A stretch of 64,000 nucleotides of DNA from a virus (lineage: Duplodnaviria; Caudoviricetes). The position numbers and the translations under genes are program-made. How positions within the stretch are numbered: position 1 is the stretch's first letter; each line of letters starts with the position of its first letter. A model generated the notes under the pieces. That model made no database searches, was not told the origin of the DNA, and worked only from the letters and a program-made list of their open reading frames with translations. This document shows positions 28,195 to 37,188 of this stretch, piece by piece. The stretch lies in IMG/VR virus record IMGVR_UViG_2754412319_000001, positions 15,344 through 79,343 of that record. One strand, written 5' to 3'.

Positions 28195-28839
28195 ATGGGC
28201 AACACCACCACCTACGGCCCGTTCGAATCGTTCGAAGAGATGATGACCGACGCTGGCCAGCGCGCACCCTACGTCGAACGTGCAATGCAGATCGTGCTGA
28301 CTGCGAGCGTGTTCGAGCAGCTGAACGACGAGCAGCGCGACGTGAACCTGCCGCTCGACGTCCTCATCGACAACATGGCGAAGCAGTGCGGCATGGTCAT
28401 CAAGCCGCACGAGGACGGCCCACGTCTGCGCAAGGCGTGGTACTACGAGCTGGAAGACGAGCGCAACGTGGTCGACCATCCCGACTCGCTCAACGAACGC
28501 GAAGTGATCCTGCATCTGACCGCGCTCCTGGAGCATTTCGCCGGCATGCAGGAGACGAACGAGCAGCGCATCGCGGCTCTGTATGCGCAGCGTGGCCGCA
28601 TGTGCCTGAAACAGCGTCCGCATCCGATCTCGTCGCTGCCTTACGCGGATCGCCAGCGCATGGCATTCAACATGCGGGACTTCGCCGGCGGTTTCGCTCA
28701 GAAGCTGGCTCACGCATGGATCAACGCGGACATGACGAACGCCAGCAAGATCGAAGAAGCATTCCCGCACCTGTTTGTGAAATACGCGGACACGTATTTC
28801 GACAAGGTGCGTGAAGAGCGCGAGGGAGTGCCGGCATGA
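28195..28839 (+). CDS. Hypothetical protein
   Basis: RBS GAGG; host-like codon bias. Confidence 0.7.
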   Translation: MGNTTTYGPFESFEEMMTDAGQRAPYVERAMQIVLTASVFEQLNDEQRDVNLPLDVLIDNMAKQCGMVIKPHEDGPRLRKAWYYELEDERNVVDHPDSLNEREVILHLTALLEHFAGMQETNEQRIAALYAQRGRMCLKQRPHPISSLPYADRQRMAFNMRDFAGGFAQKLAHAWINADMTNASKIEEAFPHLFVKYADTYFDKVREEREGVPA

Positions 28840-29012
28840 ACAACCCTAACTTCAGCTATTACGCGATCAACCGCAAAACGAAGTACATCGTGGCGGGCTT
28901 CGACAGCGCGCTCGATGCCAACGCGTTTGTAGCTAAGCAGCTTCACGACGAGTACACGGTCGTATCTCGTTCTGAAATCGCTCAGATGTACCCGGAACAC
29001 CGGGCAAGCTAA
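28836..29012 (+). CDS. Small hypothetical protein (58 aa, not in ORF track)
   Basis: ATGA-coupled start MNNPNFSYYAINRKTKY. Confidence 0.55.
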   Translation: MNNPNFSYYAINRKTKYIVAGFDSALDANAFVAKQLHDEYTVVSRSEIAQMYPEHRAS

Positions 29013-29034
29013 CACCACCACCACGGATCAAAAC

Positions 29035-29343
29035 ATGAACAACCAGGAACTGGCCAAGAACACGACTGAAGTCGATATCAATGCCGCGGCCGCGGCTGAC
29101 GTCGACAAACTCATCACGAACGCAACGGTTCAACTTGAACCTCCTGCGCCGTACACGCGGCGCGAAGTGAAGTTCGCTCGCGATCTGCTTCAGTTTCAAC
29201 TGAGCGAGCACATCAAGCGGGTGATTGCCCGATTCGAGAGCGAGACCGGCGCAAAGGTTACGGGCATCACCTACAACCCGTACACCACGGCCGATACCCC
29301 GGTGGCGCTGACCGTCTACCACAACGACGAATACGTCTTCTGA
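29035..29343 (+). CDS. Hypothetical protein
   Basis: ACCACCAC-GGATCAAAAC leader. Confidence 0.65.
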   Translation: MNNQELAKNTTEVDINAAAAADVDKLITNATVQLEPPAPYTRREVKFARDLLQFQLSEHIKRVIARFESETGAKVTGITYNPYTTADTPVALTVYHNDEYVF

Positions 29344-29350
29344 GGCGACG

Positions 29351-29626
29351 ATGAAAATCCGCCACGTCTTCGACTTCAACAAGGCGCTGGACCACGGGCC
29401 ATACACATGGCCCGGTGGATATCCGTGCTACTTCATCACGTCCGACTGCGAAGCACTTTCGTTCAAAGCTGCGCAGGAGAACGCCGGCCTGATTCGTGAC
29501 GCGATCATCACGAACGACAAGCATAGCGGCTGGAAGCTGATCGCGATGGACATCAACTGGGAAGACGCAAACCTGACCTGCTCGCAAACGGGCCAGAAGA
29601 TTGAGTCTGCGTACGGGGAGCACTGA
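29351..29626 (+). CDS. Hypothetical phage protein
   Basis: YTWPGGYPCYF motif; RBS GAGG. Confidence 0.7.
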   Translation: MKIRHVFDFNKALDHGPYTWPGGYPCYFITSDCEALSFKAAQENAGLIRDAIITNDKHSGWKLIAMDINWEDANLTCSQTGQKIESAYGEH

Positions 29627-29627
29627 C

Positions 29628-30062
29628 ATGCACGTCGAACGTCTCAATATGCTGAGCAACCTGCTCAAGACCGCCAACCCGAACCACTTCGATCTCGGCG
29701 ACTGGGTAGATACGCCGTGGTCGACCGACGAAGCGCTGGCAATCCCGAACAGCGATCTCCGTCAGCGCGTCATCGAGTGCGACACGACCGCGTGCGCAGT
29801 TGGCTTGGCCTGCATGACGCCCGAGTTCCAGGCTCAAGGTCTCAACTATAAGTGGGACACCGCGTGCCTCCATTCGGCACTCAGCCCAACTTTCGAGGGC
29901 GAAGAATCGTGGACGGCCGTGTGCAACTTCTTCGAGATCGACCGACCCACGGCCGACCGCTTGTTCTCGCATCACGAGTACGCGGATGGGCGTGAAACGG
30001 AACCTTCGCAGGTCGCGGAACGTATCGATGCGCTGGTCCGCGGGGAGAGCATCAATGGCTAG
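29628..30062 (+). CDS. Hypothetical phage protein
   Basis: FDLGDW...CDTTACAVG motif; RBS GGGGAG. Confidence 0.7.
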   Translation: MHVERLNMLSNLLKTANPNHFDLGDWVDTPWSTDEALAIPNSDLRQRVIECDTTACAVGLACMTPEFQAQGLNYKWDTACLHSALSPTFEGEESWTAVCNFFEIDRPTADRLFSHHEYADGRETEPSQVAERIDALVRGESING

Positions 30063-30234
30063 ATTTACCATCACTGTCGCGCGGCCGACGTACTACACGC
30101 ACGACTTCGAGGCATCGAGCGTGGAAGAAGCGAAGCAGGCTGCGCTGGACGCATTCGAACAGCACGGCTCCGAAGCTTTCGACTACGAGAGCAGCGGAGC
30201 TGCTACCGCTCATGAAGGAGATGCACCGCAATGA
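30055..30234 (+). CDS. Small hypothetical protein
   Basis: FEASSVEEAKQAA; coupled. Confidence 0.6.
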   Translation: MARFTITVARPTYYTHDFEASSVEEAKQAALDAFEQHGSEAFDYESSGAATAHEGDAPQ

Positions 30235-30503
30235 GCCTGAACAACCCGAACATCCCCCGATTGGCGACGCTCGACTTCACGAGCGACGAGACCTGCACCT
30301 TCTACGCGGTCGAGTGGATCAACGCGGCCGGCGAGTGGTTCATCGACGTGTACCGTCAGGAGGCGGGCCGCGACGATCACGCCGTGCAGCTTCACAGCGA
30401 CGGTGCAAAGTCGGTCGTCATCTATGACCTCATCGGCCCCTTCAACGCGGACATTGACGAGGCTGGAGACTTCGCTCGCGACAACCGGCGCCTGCACGTC
30501 TGA
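30231..30503 (+). CDS. Hypothetical protein
   Basis: ATGA coupling; RBS AAGGAG. Confidence 0.65.
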   Translation: MSLNNPNIPRLATLDFTSDETCTFYAVEWINAAGEWFIDVYRQEAGRDDHAVQLHSDGAKSVVIYDLIGPFNADIDEAGDFARDNRRLHV

Positions 30504-30530
30504 AGTTCAAGTTGAACCAAGGATAACGAC

Positions 30531-30860
30531 ATGAACGTGGAACAACGAATCAAGATCGAGAAACAGATCGTCGAGAAGATCGTCGTCGACGCACTGGCCG
30601 CAGGATTCAAGCTCAGTGTGTTCGACGGAGAAGAAACTGCCATCTCGAAGAGTACGGACAAGGACAAGATCCTCGCCCGACTCTTTGAATGTGAAGTCGA
30701 ATATCTGCGCTTCTGGAAATTCGACGTGATCGTCGGCACCGTGACACTCGTCTACGGCAACGACGGCTGGGACGTGATCTGCGATCACCACCTCGCTCTG
30801 GAAGACGTCCTCAAGGGCGCGAACGAACTGGCCAAGCAACTGGAGGCGCGGCACGGATGA
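30531..30860 (+). CDS. Hypothetical phage protein
   Basis: LVYGNDGWDVICDH motif; RBS AAGGA. Confidence 0.7.
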   Translation: MNVEQRIKIEKQIVEKIVVDALAAGFKLSVFDGEETAISKSTDKDKILARLFECEVEYLRFWKFDVIVGTVTLVYGNDGWDVICDHHLALEDVLKGANELAKQLEARHG

Positions 30861-31054
30861 ACCACGAGCAATTGCTGGAGCACATCAAGCGCCTCGAAGC
30901 GCGCATCGCCGAGCTGGAGCGCGACCTGTATTCGATGCCCGAAATGGATGAGCGCCGGCAGCGGCGGCAGCTGATCGAGCGGTTCCGCGCGCAGGGTATG
31001 AGCGGCAAGCAGGCGAAGAATGCCGCGTGGCGCGAGTTGCATGTCCCGAGCTGA
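30857..31054 (+). CDS. Small coiled-coil hypothetical protein
   Basis: ATGA coupling. Confidence 0.6.
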   Translation: MNHEQLLEHIKRLEARIAELERDLYSMPEMDERRQRRQLIERFRAQGMSGKQAKNAAWRELHVPS

Positions 31055-31078
31055 CCCCAATTTCACAATGTGGAAACC

Positions 31079-31285
31079 ATGAGCAAACCGATCTACCGCA
31101 CCCGCTTCACCACCAAGACCGGAGCGTACCGCGTCCGGGAATTCCGGTCGCAGAAGAACGCTGAGACCCATGCCAAACGGCTCGCCAACGAGGGCGCTTA
31201 CGGCTACGTCGAGCGCACCACCGCCGTGTCGACGCGCGTGGTCAGCAACTGGGGCCGGGGCACACCCGAAACGCCGGCCGCATAG
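31079..31285 (+). CDS. Small basic hypothetical protein
   Basis: Start MSKPIY (alternative GTG 31070). Confidence 0.55.
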   Translation: MSKPIYRTRFTTKTGAYRVREFRSQKNAETHAKRLANEGAYGYVERTTAVSTRVVSNWGRGTPETPAA

Positions 31286-31319
31286 CGTAGAATCAACTTA
31301 CAAAGTACAAGGAGAAATC

Positions 31320-31682
31320 ATGATGTCTGTCGCATTCGACACCTTGGCTTACGTCAAGCGCCTCGAACAAGGTGGGGTCCCGCGCGAGACGGCGGTCATG
31401 CAGGCCGAGGCACTGGCTGACGCGATCGACCAGACCTTGGCGACCAAGCAAGACCTACTCAACACGCAGGCTGCGGTTGAGCAGAAGGTCGACGCGACGC
31501 GCACTGATCTGCGTCGGGAGATCGACAACGTCCGCGCAGACATGAAGCTTGGCCTCTCGGAGACACGTGGCGAGTTCCGTGTCGAGATCGAGAAGGCGAA
31601 GACGTCCATGATCATCTGGCTCGTGAGTCTGACCATTCTCGCGACCGCTGCGCAGATCGCATCACGCGCGTTCCTGCACTGA
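31320..31682 (+). CDS. DUF1640/CCDC90-like coiled-coil membrane-anchored protein
   Basis: FDTLAYVKRLEQGGVPRETA..QAEAL; C-terminal TM helix; RBS AAGGAG. Confidence 0.8.
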   Translation: MMSVAFDTLAYVKRLEQGGVPRETAVMQAEALADAIDQTLATKQDLLNTQAAVEQKVDATRTDLRREIDNVRADMKLGLSETRGEFRVEIEKAKTSMIIWLVSLTILATAAQIASRAFLH

Positions 31683-31702
31683 TACACCGCGTCAACCGAA
31701 GA

Positions 31703-31734
31703 AGGGCGCGCTCTGGCCAGCGCGCTCTTTTTTT
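31703..31734 (+). terminator. Rho-independent terminator
   Basis: AGGGCGCGCT/AGCGCGCTCT stem followed by T7. Confidence 0.8.
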
Positions 31735-31757
31735 GTATTCATCGTCACCACCACATA

Positions 31758-32213
31758 ATGAAAACCATCGAACTCAAACCCACGTGGCAGGCGCTCGTGC
31801 CGGTGCTGCTGGCCGTTATCGAAAGCGGCACGGCCGAAGGGCGAAGCAAGGCGAAGGCAGAATTGGTCGACCTCGCGAAGAGAGTCGACGAGATCAACGA
31901 AGAGATCAAAAAGCGGGCAACCACGCCCCGCGGCAAGAAGGTCCAGTACCTCGAAGCACAGGGTGCGTACGAAGCCGGCGTCATCCTGCGCAATGGCGAC
32001 AAGGCCGCGCTCGTGACCAACGAAGGCCGCGTCGAGTGGTTCAAGTTGAACGAATTCGGCGGTATCCAGCAGCTGGCAGTTCTGCCGCAGCTGGTCGCCG
32101 CGCTGGACGACATGCTGTCGATCGACGACTGGCATGATGACTTGATCGCGAATCCGCAGACGATCGCGAACGCTCAGGCTGTGCTGGCGCTCGGGAAGGA
32201 CGCGCTGAAATGA
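31758..32213 (+). CDS. Hypothetical protein
   Basis: Codon-consistent ORF. Confidence 0.65.
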   Translation: MKTIELKPTWQALVPVLLAVIESGTAEGRSKAKAELVDLAKRVDEINEEIKKRATTPRGKKVQYLEAQGAYEAGVILRNGDKAALVTNEGRVEWFKLNEFGGIQQLAVLPQLVAALDDMLSIDDWHDDLIANPQTIANAQAVLALGKDALK

Positions 32214-32875
32214 GCAGCCCCTTCAAAACCAAACTCATCCTGTCCGAGTCGGACCACGAAGGTACGGGCTTGCTGCTCAAGGAAGTCGGCGAGCAGGTGA
32301 TCTGCGAGTTCGACCGTACGCCGCAGATGCAAGAGCACGCCGCGTACATCAAGCAGGCGGTCAACGAGCACCCCGAGCTGCTGCGCAAGCAAGAGATCAT
32401 CTTCGACCTCTCGTTCACGCTCGGCAACCGCTGGAACACGCTCTCGGACCAACTGACGGGCGACATCATGGACCACAACGGTGGCTCGCGGGGGTTGTGC
32501 GATCTCGTGAAGTCCTGGGCCGACGAGTTCGACGCCGACTGGGAATCGCGCAGTGAAGACGACCAACAGAACTACCTCGTGGATGTCGACGAGTTCGCGA
32601 ATCGCAAGATCGCCGAGCTGCTCGATTCCGTGAAGCGCCCCGAGCCGCCGCCGCCGAAGCCGATCAAGGTCACGCACCGCTACAACCGCGAGCTTGCCGA
32701 GAACACCTTCCACTACGTCGGCGTGAAGTGGCAGATCGTCTTCAAGTGCGACGATGGGTCCGTCTACTGCCGCGAGACGCTGCCGGCGATGAAGACCCTG
32801 AACGACGTTCTGACGTTCATTCGGGAACAGTGCAACTTGCGCGGTTTGAGCAGCGCTGACATTCATCGGTGGTGA
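32210..32875 (+). CDS. Hypothetical protein
   Basis: ATGA coupling. Confidence 0.65.
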   Translation: MSSPFKTKLILSESDHEGTGLLLKEVGEQVICEFDRTPQMQEHAAYIKQAVNEHPELLRKQEIIFDLSFTLGNRWNTLSDQLTGDIMDHNGGSRGLCDLVKSWADEFDADWESRSEDDQQNYLVDVDEFANRKIAELLDSVKRPEPPPPKPIKVTHRYNRELAENTFHYVGVKWQIVFKCDDGSVYCRETLPAMKTLNDVLTFIREQCNLRGLSSADIHRW

Positions 32876-32877
32876 TC

Positions 32878-33219
32878 ATGAAAGAACCTGTCCGATACTT
32901 CACCCCATATCCGTTCACGATCGAGACGCTGCAACGTCCCGGCGAGCCTGCTCGTTACATCATCTCTCGCGCGAGGGTGGGTGGCCGCTACAGCGACGAG
33001 CTGTTGAGGAAGGAAGAGGCCGAGCTGCTGCTGCACACGTTGACGCGTGAAGAAGCCGACAAGGAGCAGCTGCGCTACCGCATCTGGCAACTCGAACAGC
33101 AGTTCACCTGGGCGATGTCCGAAATCAAGGAGCGTTACGAGGGACCGTACGAAGAGTGGGCACCTGAGCGCGCTCGATACAACGAAGCGCTGACCGTGCT
33201 GCGGGGGATAAAGCAATGA
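32878..33219 (+). CDS. Hypothetical protein
   Basis: Start MKEPVRY (alternative GTG 32869). Confidence 0.6.
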   Translation: MKEPVRYFTPYPFTIETLQRPGEPARYIISRARVGGRYSDELLRKEEAELLLHTLTREEADKEQLRYRIWQLEQQFTWAMSEIKERYEGPYEEWAPERARYNEALTVLRGIKQ

Positions 33220-33803
33220 AATTGCCGATTCGAATCGAAATGGCCAGCGAGTTGATGGATCTGTCGCCTGAAGAGTGTGCCGACTACACCGATCGCGTCG
33301 AGCGAGTGGTCGACGCTGCGGACGACACGGTCTGCTACACCGAGAACGGATATTTCGCGATGCCGTTTCTCGACGCGCACGCAATCGTCGTCGCGATCAA
33401 CACCCACCAGAAGCTGGTCGACGCATTGCGCACGGCGCAGGGCTACGTTGAAGAGGTTTCCGAGGCAAGCGGCTTTGGTGCCGATCATACGTTGCCAACG
33501 ATCAACGAAGCGTTGCTCGCGGTCGAGCAAGAAAACTGGTTGACATACGACTCCGGCCCGCAGGACAACGACCGTTACACGGTCTTCCCGTACTGGATGG
33601 ACGATGAGGCCGACGACGTGTCGCGTCGCACGTACCTCGGCTTCAACATGACCCCATCGTCACCGAACACCGGGGTCAGCGTGTGGGGAGAGCTGCCGAA
33701 GGGACAGCATCCGGGGGCATACCTCGGAAAACTGATTCGCTTCGCCGAGCTGCCCGAAGCCCTGCGCAAACATGCCATCGCACGAGTGAGGGATATCGGA
33801 TAA
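33216..33803 (+). CDS. Hypothetical protein (probable two-domain mosaic)
   Basis: ATGA coupling; DRYTV...HLGK-like C-terminal half. Confidence 0.6.
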   Translation: MKLPIRIEMASELMDLSPEECADYTDRVERVVDAADDTVCYTENGYFAMPFLDAHAIVVAINTHQKLVDALRTAQGYVEEVSEASGFGADHTLPTINEALLAVEQENWLTYDSGPQDNDRYTVFPYWMDDEADDVSRRTYLGFNMTPSSPNTGVSVWGELPKGQHPGAYLGKLIRFAELPEALRKHAIARVRDIG

Positions 33804-33806
33804 CCC

Positions 33807-34292
33807 ATGAAGATCAAGACACACGAACTGCTCGGCGCGGGACTCGACTGGGCCGTTGCCAAAGCCGAGGGCAAGCCGATTGTCCACGATCCGATGGGGT
33901 TCAAGATTGGATCGGAAGCTGGCTACTGGATATGGGACAAGACGCCGAAAGGCCTCATGACCAAGATCGGCCGTGACTACACGCCGTCAACCGACCGAGA
34001 CAAGGGGTTCGAGATCGTAGAGCGCGAAGGCATCGCGATCCGCAAGCACACGAAGACGGGCAACTGGTACGCGATGACGAGTGCAGATCTCGGCAACGAC
34101 ACAACTGCTCGTTGGGAAGAGATGACAGCGCGCGGCGGCGAACGTTACGGCGTGGAGTCGTGGGCAATCCACAAGCGCCGGCAGCGCTTCATCGGTGAGA
34201 TGCCGCTCATCGCCGCGATGCGCTGCTTCGTCGCCTCGAAGCTCGGCGCTGAGGTTGACGTGCCCGATGAACTGGTTGGGGGCCAACAATGA
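33807..34292 (+). CDS. NinX/DUF2591-family phage protein
   Basis: ELLGAGLDWAVAKAEG...YTPSTD...PLIAAMRCFVASKLG.EVDVPDEL. Confidence 0.75.
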   Translation: MKIKTHELLGAGLDWAVAKAEGKPIVHDPMGFKIGSEAGYWIWDKTPKGLMTKIGRDYTPSTDRDKGFEIVEREGIAIRKHTKTGNWYAMTSADLGNDTTARWEEMTARGGERYGVESWAIHKRRQRFIGEMPLIAAMRCFVASKLGAEVDVPDELVGGQQ

Positions 34293-34969
34293 AATTGAGT
34301 GAAGTCGGTGGTGCACGCGGTGCACCGATGGGGCGTCGCGACACCCACGGCGACTACGATGCCGCCATCAAACTGATCGTCCACCACTGTCCCTTCGTCG
34401 ACGGCGCCTACGACGAAGGCGGAGCGTACTGGGGCGCGGGGGAGCCACTGTGGCGGGCTATCGAACCCGAGGGTGACGTGGAGTTCTTCCTGCGCGGCAA
34501 AGACCGCTGGGAGATTCTGGAAGACGTTCGTGACCTGTATCCGAACGCGAAAATCATCGACACACCGCGCGAACGCTGGTTCGTAGAATTCTTGGCAGGC
34601 TACGAAGAAGCTGCACTATGGTCGAACGTCGACGCGATCATGAACGATGACGGGGAGGAGGAAACGGTGCATCTCGACGGCGGCTACGAGCTGCACGACG
34701 AGACGAAAACGAAGTTCCGCGAGGACTGCAAGAATTTCTGTGACTTCGCCGAGCCGCAGTTGCGCCGTGCAATTAATTGCAACGGCTACGGGGCGGTCGA
34801 GGCGGGACGTGATTTCTGGCTCACGCGAGCGGGCCAGGGGGCCGGTTACTGGGATCGCAGCCAGCTACCGCGTGAACTGCGCGACCAGCTATCCGCCGCA
34901 GCCCGTGACGCCGGAGGCAGAGAGCTATACATCGGCGACGACGGGTTGATTCACCAAGGGCAAACATGA
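34289..34969 (+). CDS. Hypothetical phage protein (two conserved-looking halves)
   Basis: GAPMGRR...YDEGGAYWG and GRDFWLTRAGQGAGYWDR. Confidence 0.7.
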   Translation: MKLSEVGGARGAPMGRRDTHGDYDAAIKLIVHHCPFVDGAYDEGGAYWGAGEPLWRAIEPEGDVEFFLRGKDRWEILEDVRDLYPNAKIIDTPRERWFVEFLAGYEEAALWSNVDAIMNDDGEEETVHLDGGYELHDETKTKFREDCKNFCDFAEPQLRRAINCNGYGAVEAGRDFWLTRAGQGAGYWDRSQLPRELRDQLSAAARDAGGRELYIGDDGLIHQGQT

Positions 34970-35091
34970 CCCCGAAGACTCGGAATTCAGTACAAGCCCG
35001 TTCAGGGCAGTAATAGCAACGCCCGTCGGGGAGATTTGCTACCTCCCCTGTATCGAGCGGGAAACATAACCACCACATTGAGGTAATCACC

Positions 35092-35322
35092 ATGTTGAGT
35101 GCAATCATCACCATGTTTACGGGCAAGTCGCCCGCTAAAGAAGCGAAGAACCAGCTGCGCATGACGCGCCTCGCTCTCCTCGAAGCGCGTGCTGCATTCG
35201 AGCATTTCCAAGCGGAAGTCGCGAAGCTTGAGGCACGTGAGGCGCGTCTGGCCGCGCACGTCTCCGACGACGAGCGCCAATACCAGCGGGAAGCTCAAGC
35301 CTCGATGGCAGCTGCGATCTAA
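35092..35322 (+). CDS. Small coiled-coil protein
   Basis: RBS GAGGT. Confidence 0.6.
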   Translation: MLSAIITMFTGKSPAKEAKNQLRMTRLALLEARAAFEHFQAEVAKLEAREARLAAHVSDDERQYQREAQASMAAAI

Positions 35323-35399
35323 AAGTTCAAGTTGAACAAGGCACGTCTGGCCACGCGCCTCGTTTACCGAATCAGCTAACAAACCACCACAGCATAACG

Positions 35400-36158
35400 A
35401 TGACCAATATTGATAAATCCGCGCTCGACGAGCGCGCGCGTCAGCTCGTCCGTGAAGAAGTGCATGCGTGTGTCAGCGTGTTGATCAGCGACCTCAGCAA
35501 ACTGGTCGCTAATGCCGATCCGCATGTGCTGCGTGAGATAAGCGTCGATCAGGATGAGTTGTTCGGGATCTGCGTTCAGGATGACCATAAGTCCGCAGCA
35601 GAACACGAAGACTACGTCCTGTTCGAGAATGAATATGGTGAGTACGTCGCGCTTCATCCCGAAGATGACGTAAAAGGGAATCTCACTCTCGACAACCTCG
35701 AATACTTCGAAAACGCGGGGAAGTTCTATGTCCTTCCTGAAGAATCGGTGGACGAGATCAAAGAGCTGGACGCGCCCGATCAGGCGAAGATCAGCACAAT
35801 CATTGCAACCGCGAAGGCGCGTGAAGATAGCGGAGACACCGATGGGATGTTCTTCGAAGCAGAAACTGAACACGCAGTGTTGAGCGCGTACCTTAACAAG
35901 CACTACGCCGACGAATGGTACAGCGACGAACAAGAAGCGTGGCGTGCAGCGTGTGAAACGAACAGCATCGAGCCGGATACCTGCGAAGCCTACGAACACT
36001 GGATCGTCTCTGGCTGGCTCGCAGGAAAGCTTGAAGAGCGGGGCGAGATGGTGAATCGCGACATTTGCGGTCTCGTCGTGTGGGGACGCTGCACGACTGG
36101 GCAGGCCATCTACATGGATGGTGTCATCCAGGAGATAGCGCGAGACCTTATCGACTGA
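35400..36158 (+). CDS. Highly acidic hypothetical protein
   Basis: About 57 D/E versus about 20 K/R by hand count; C-terminal EHWIVSGWL...WGRCTTGQAI. Confidence 0.7.
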   Translation: MTNIDKSALDERARQLVREEVHACVSVLISDLSKLVANADPHVLREISVDQDELFGICVQDDHKSAAEHEDYVLFENEYGEYVALHPEDDVKGNLTLDNLEYFENAGKFYVLPEESVDEIKELDAPDQAKISTIIATAKAREDSGDTDGMFFEAETEHAVLSAYLNKHYADEWYSDEQEAWRAACETNSIEPDTCEAYEHWIVSGWLAGKLEERGEMVNRDICGLVVWGRCTTGQAIYMDGVIQEIARDLID

Positions 36159-36202
36159 GGTAGGGCATACTTCTAGTCCTTTTATAGACAGAGAGGGCGG
36201 AA

Positions 36203-36616
36203 GTGAACAAGGTGATTCTCTGCATTGCTCTTACGGGGTGTTTGACGGCGTGTGCGTCGAGAACTCTTCCACTTGAGCAGGCAAAGGACGTTCCTGCGGA
36301 CAGGGTCTATTCGACGAAGTTTGCGCAACCGGTGGAAGGTGCGCAGAAGATCACGGTTATACGCACTGGGGGCTCGTTTATCGCGGGCGGGGGTGCGCGC
36401 TATGAACTGTTGGCCGACGGTGTGAAGATCGCATCAATGGCGACTGATGAGCGCGTCAATCTATACCTCCCCGCGGGCGAGCACCTGCTTTCGGCGCGCA
36501 ACGGCGTGTGGACAAGCATTGAGCCGCAGTCCATCGTGATCAACGTTCCCAGTCGATATAAAACATTCCGGCTCGATTCTTCGAGCGGGGTGTTGTTGCA
36601 ACCTGCCCTTGAATGA
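36203..36616 (+). CDS. Lipoprotein (moron-like)
   Basis: Signal peptide with lipobox LTAC; RBS GAGAGGG; own terminator. Confidence 0.75.
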   Translation: MNKVILCIALTGCLTACASRTLPLEQAKDVPADRVYSTKFAQPVEGAQKITVIRTGGSFIAGGGARYELLADGVKIASMATDERVNLYLPAGEHLLSARNGVWTSIEPQSIVINVPSRYKTFRLDSSSGVLLQPALE

Positions 36617-36643
36617 GCGACGTCTAGTCGCTACGCCATGTTC

Positions 36644-36674
36644 AAAGCCCACCTACCGGTGGGCTTTTTATTTT
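36644..36674 (+). terminator. Rho-independent terminator
   Basis: AAAGCCCACC/GGTGGGCTTT stem followed by T-rich tail. Confidence 0.85.
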
Positions 36675-36701
36675 CTCAATTCAGCACAAAAGGATCTGCA
36701 C

Positions 36702-36866
36702 ATGTTCATGTCTGATACGCAAGTTTTGCGGACGTACCTCGTAGCGGCGACTGTTGAGCAAGCACGCAAGGTGGGCTTCGAGGAATCGTTTCGTTCCCTC
36801 GTCACGCAGCAGCTTCATGACATGTCGGATGCAGACGTCCGCGCAATGGCAAGGATCATCGTATGA
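36702..36866 (+). CDS. Small hypothetical protein
   Basis: RBS AAGGA; start MFMSDTQ. Confidence 0.5.
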   Translation: MFMSDTQVLRTYLVAATVEQARKVGFEESFRSLVTQQLHDMSDADVRAMARIIV

Positions 36867-37177
36867 CGCCCATGAAGTTCCACCAAACCTACGCGGTCGT
36901 CACCGACGAGAGCGCGGAGAACGGTGAAGCAGAGGAGACCGGATTCGACTGGCAGGACATGCCGTACACGTTCAAGCAGCTGGTCCACACACTCGAATTC
37001 GAGTACGCCGGGGCCGAGCCGAGCGATTACCCCTCAAGCAACCCTCGCTGGATCACGAGCTACGGCGAGCGTGGCATGCACGATGGGTCATTCCGCAACA
37101 TCTCCCTGCATCCGGCAAACGACCGCGCGCGCCGCTGGTGGCCGCAGGCCCTGAAGGCCGCAGGAATCACGAAATAA
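36863..37177 (+). CDS. Hypothetical phage protein
   Basis: YAVVTDESAENGEAEETGF; ATGA coupling. Confidence 0.65.
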   Translation: MTPMKFHQTYAVVTDESAENGEAEETGFDWQDMPYTFKQLVHTLEFEYAGAEPSDYPSSNPRWITSYGERGMHDGSFRNISLHPANDRARRWWPQALKAAGITK

Positions 37178-37188
37178 GGGAACCAGTC

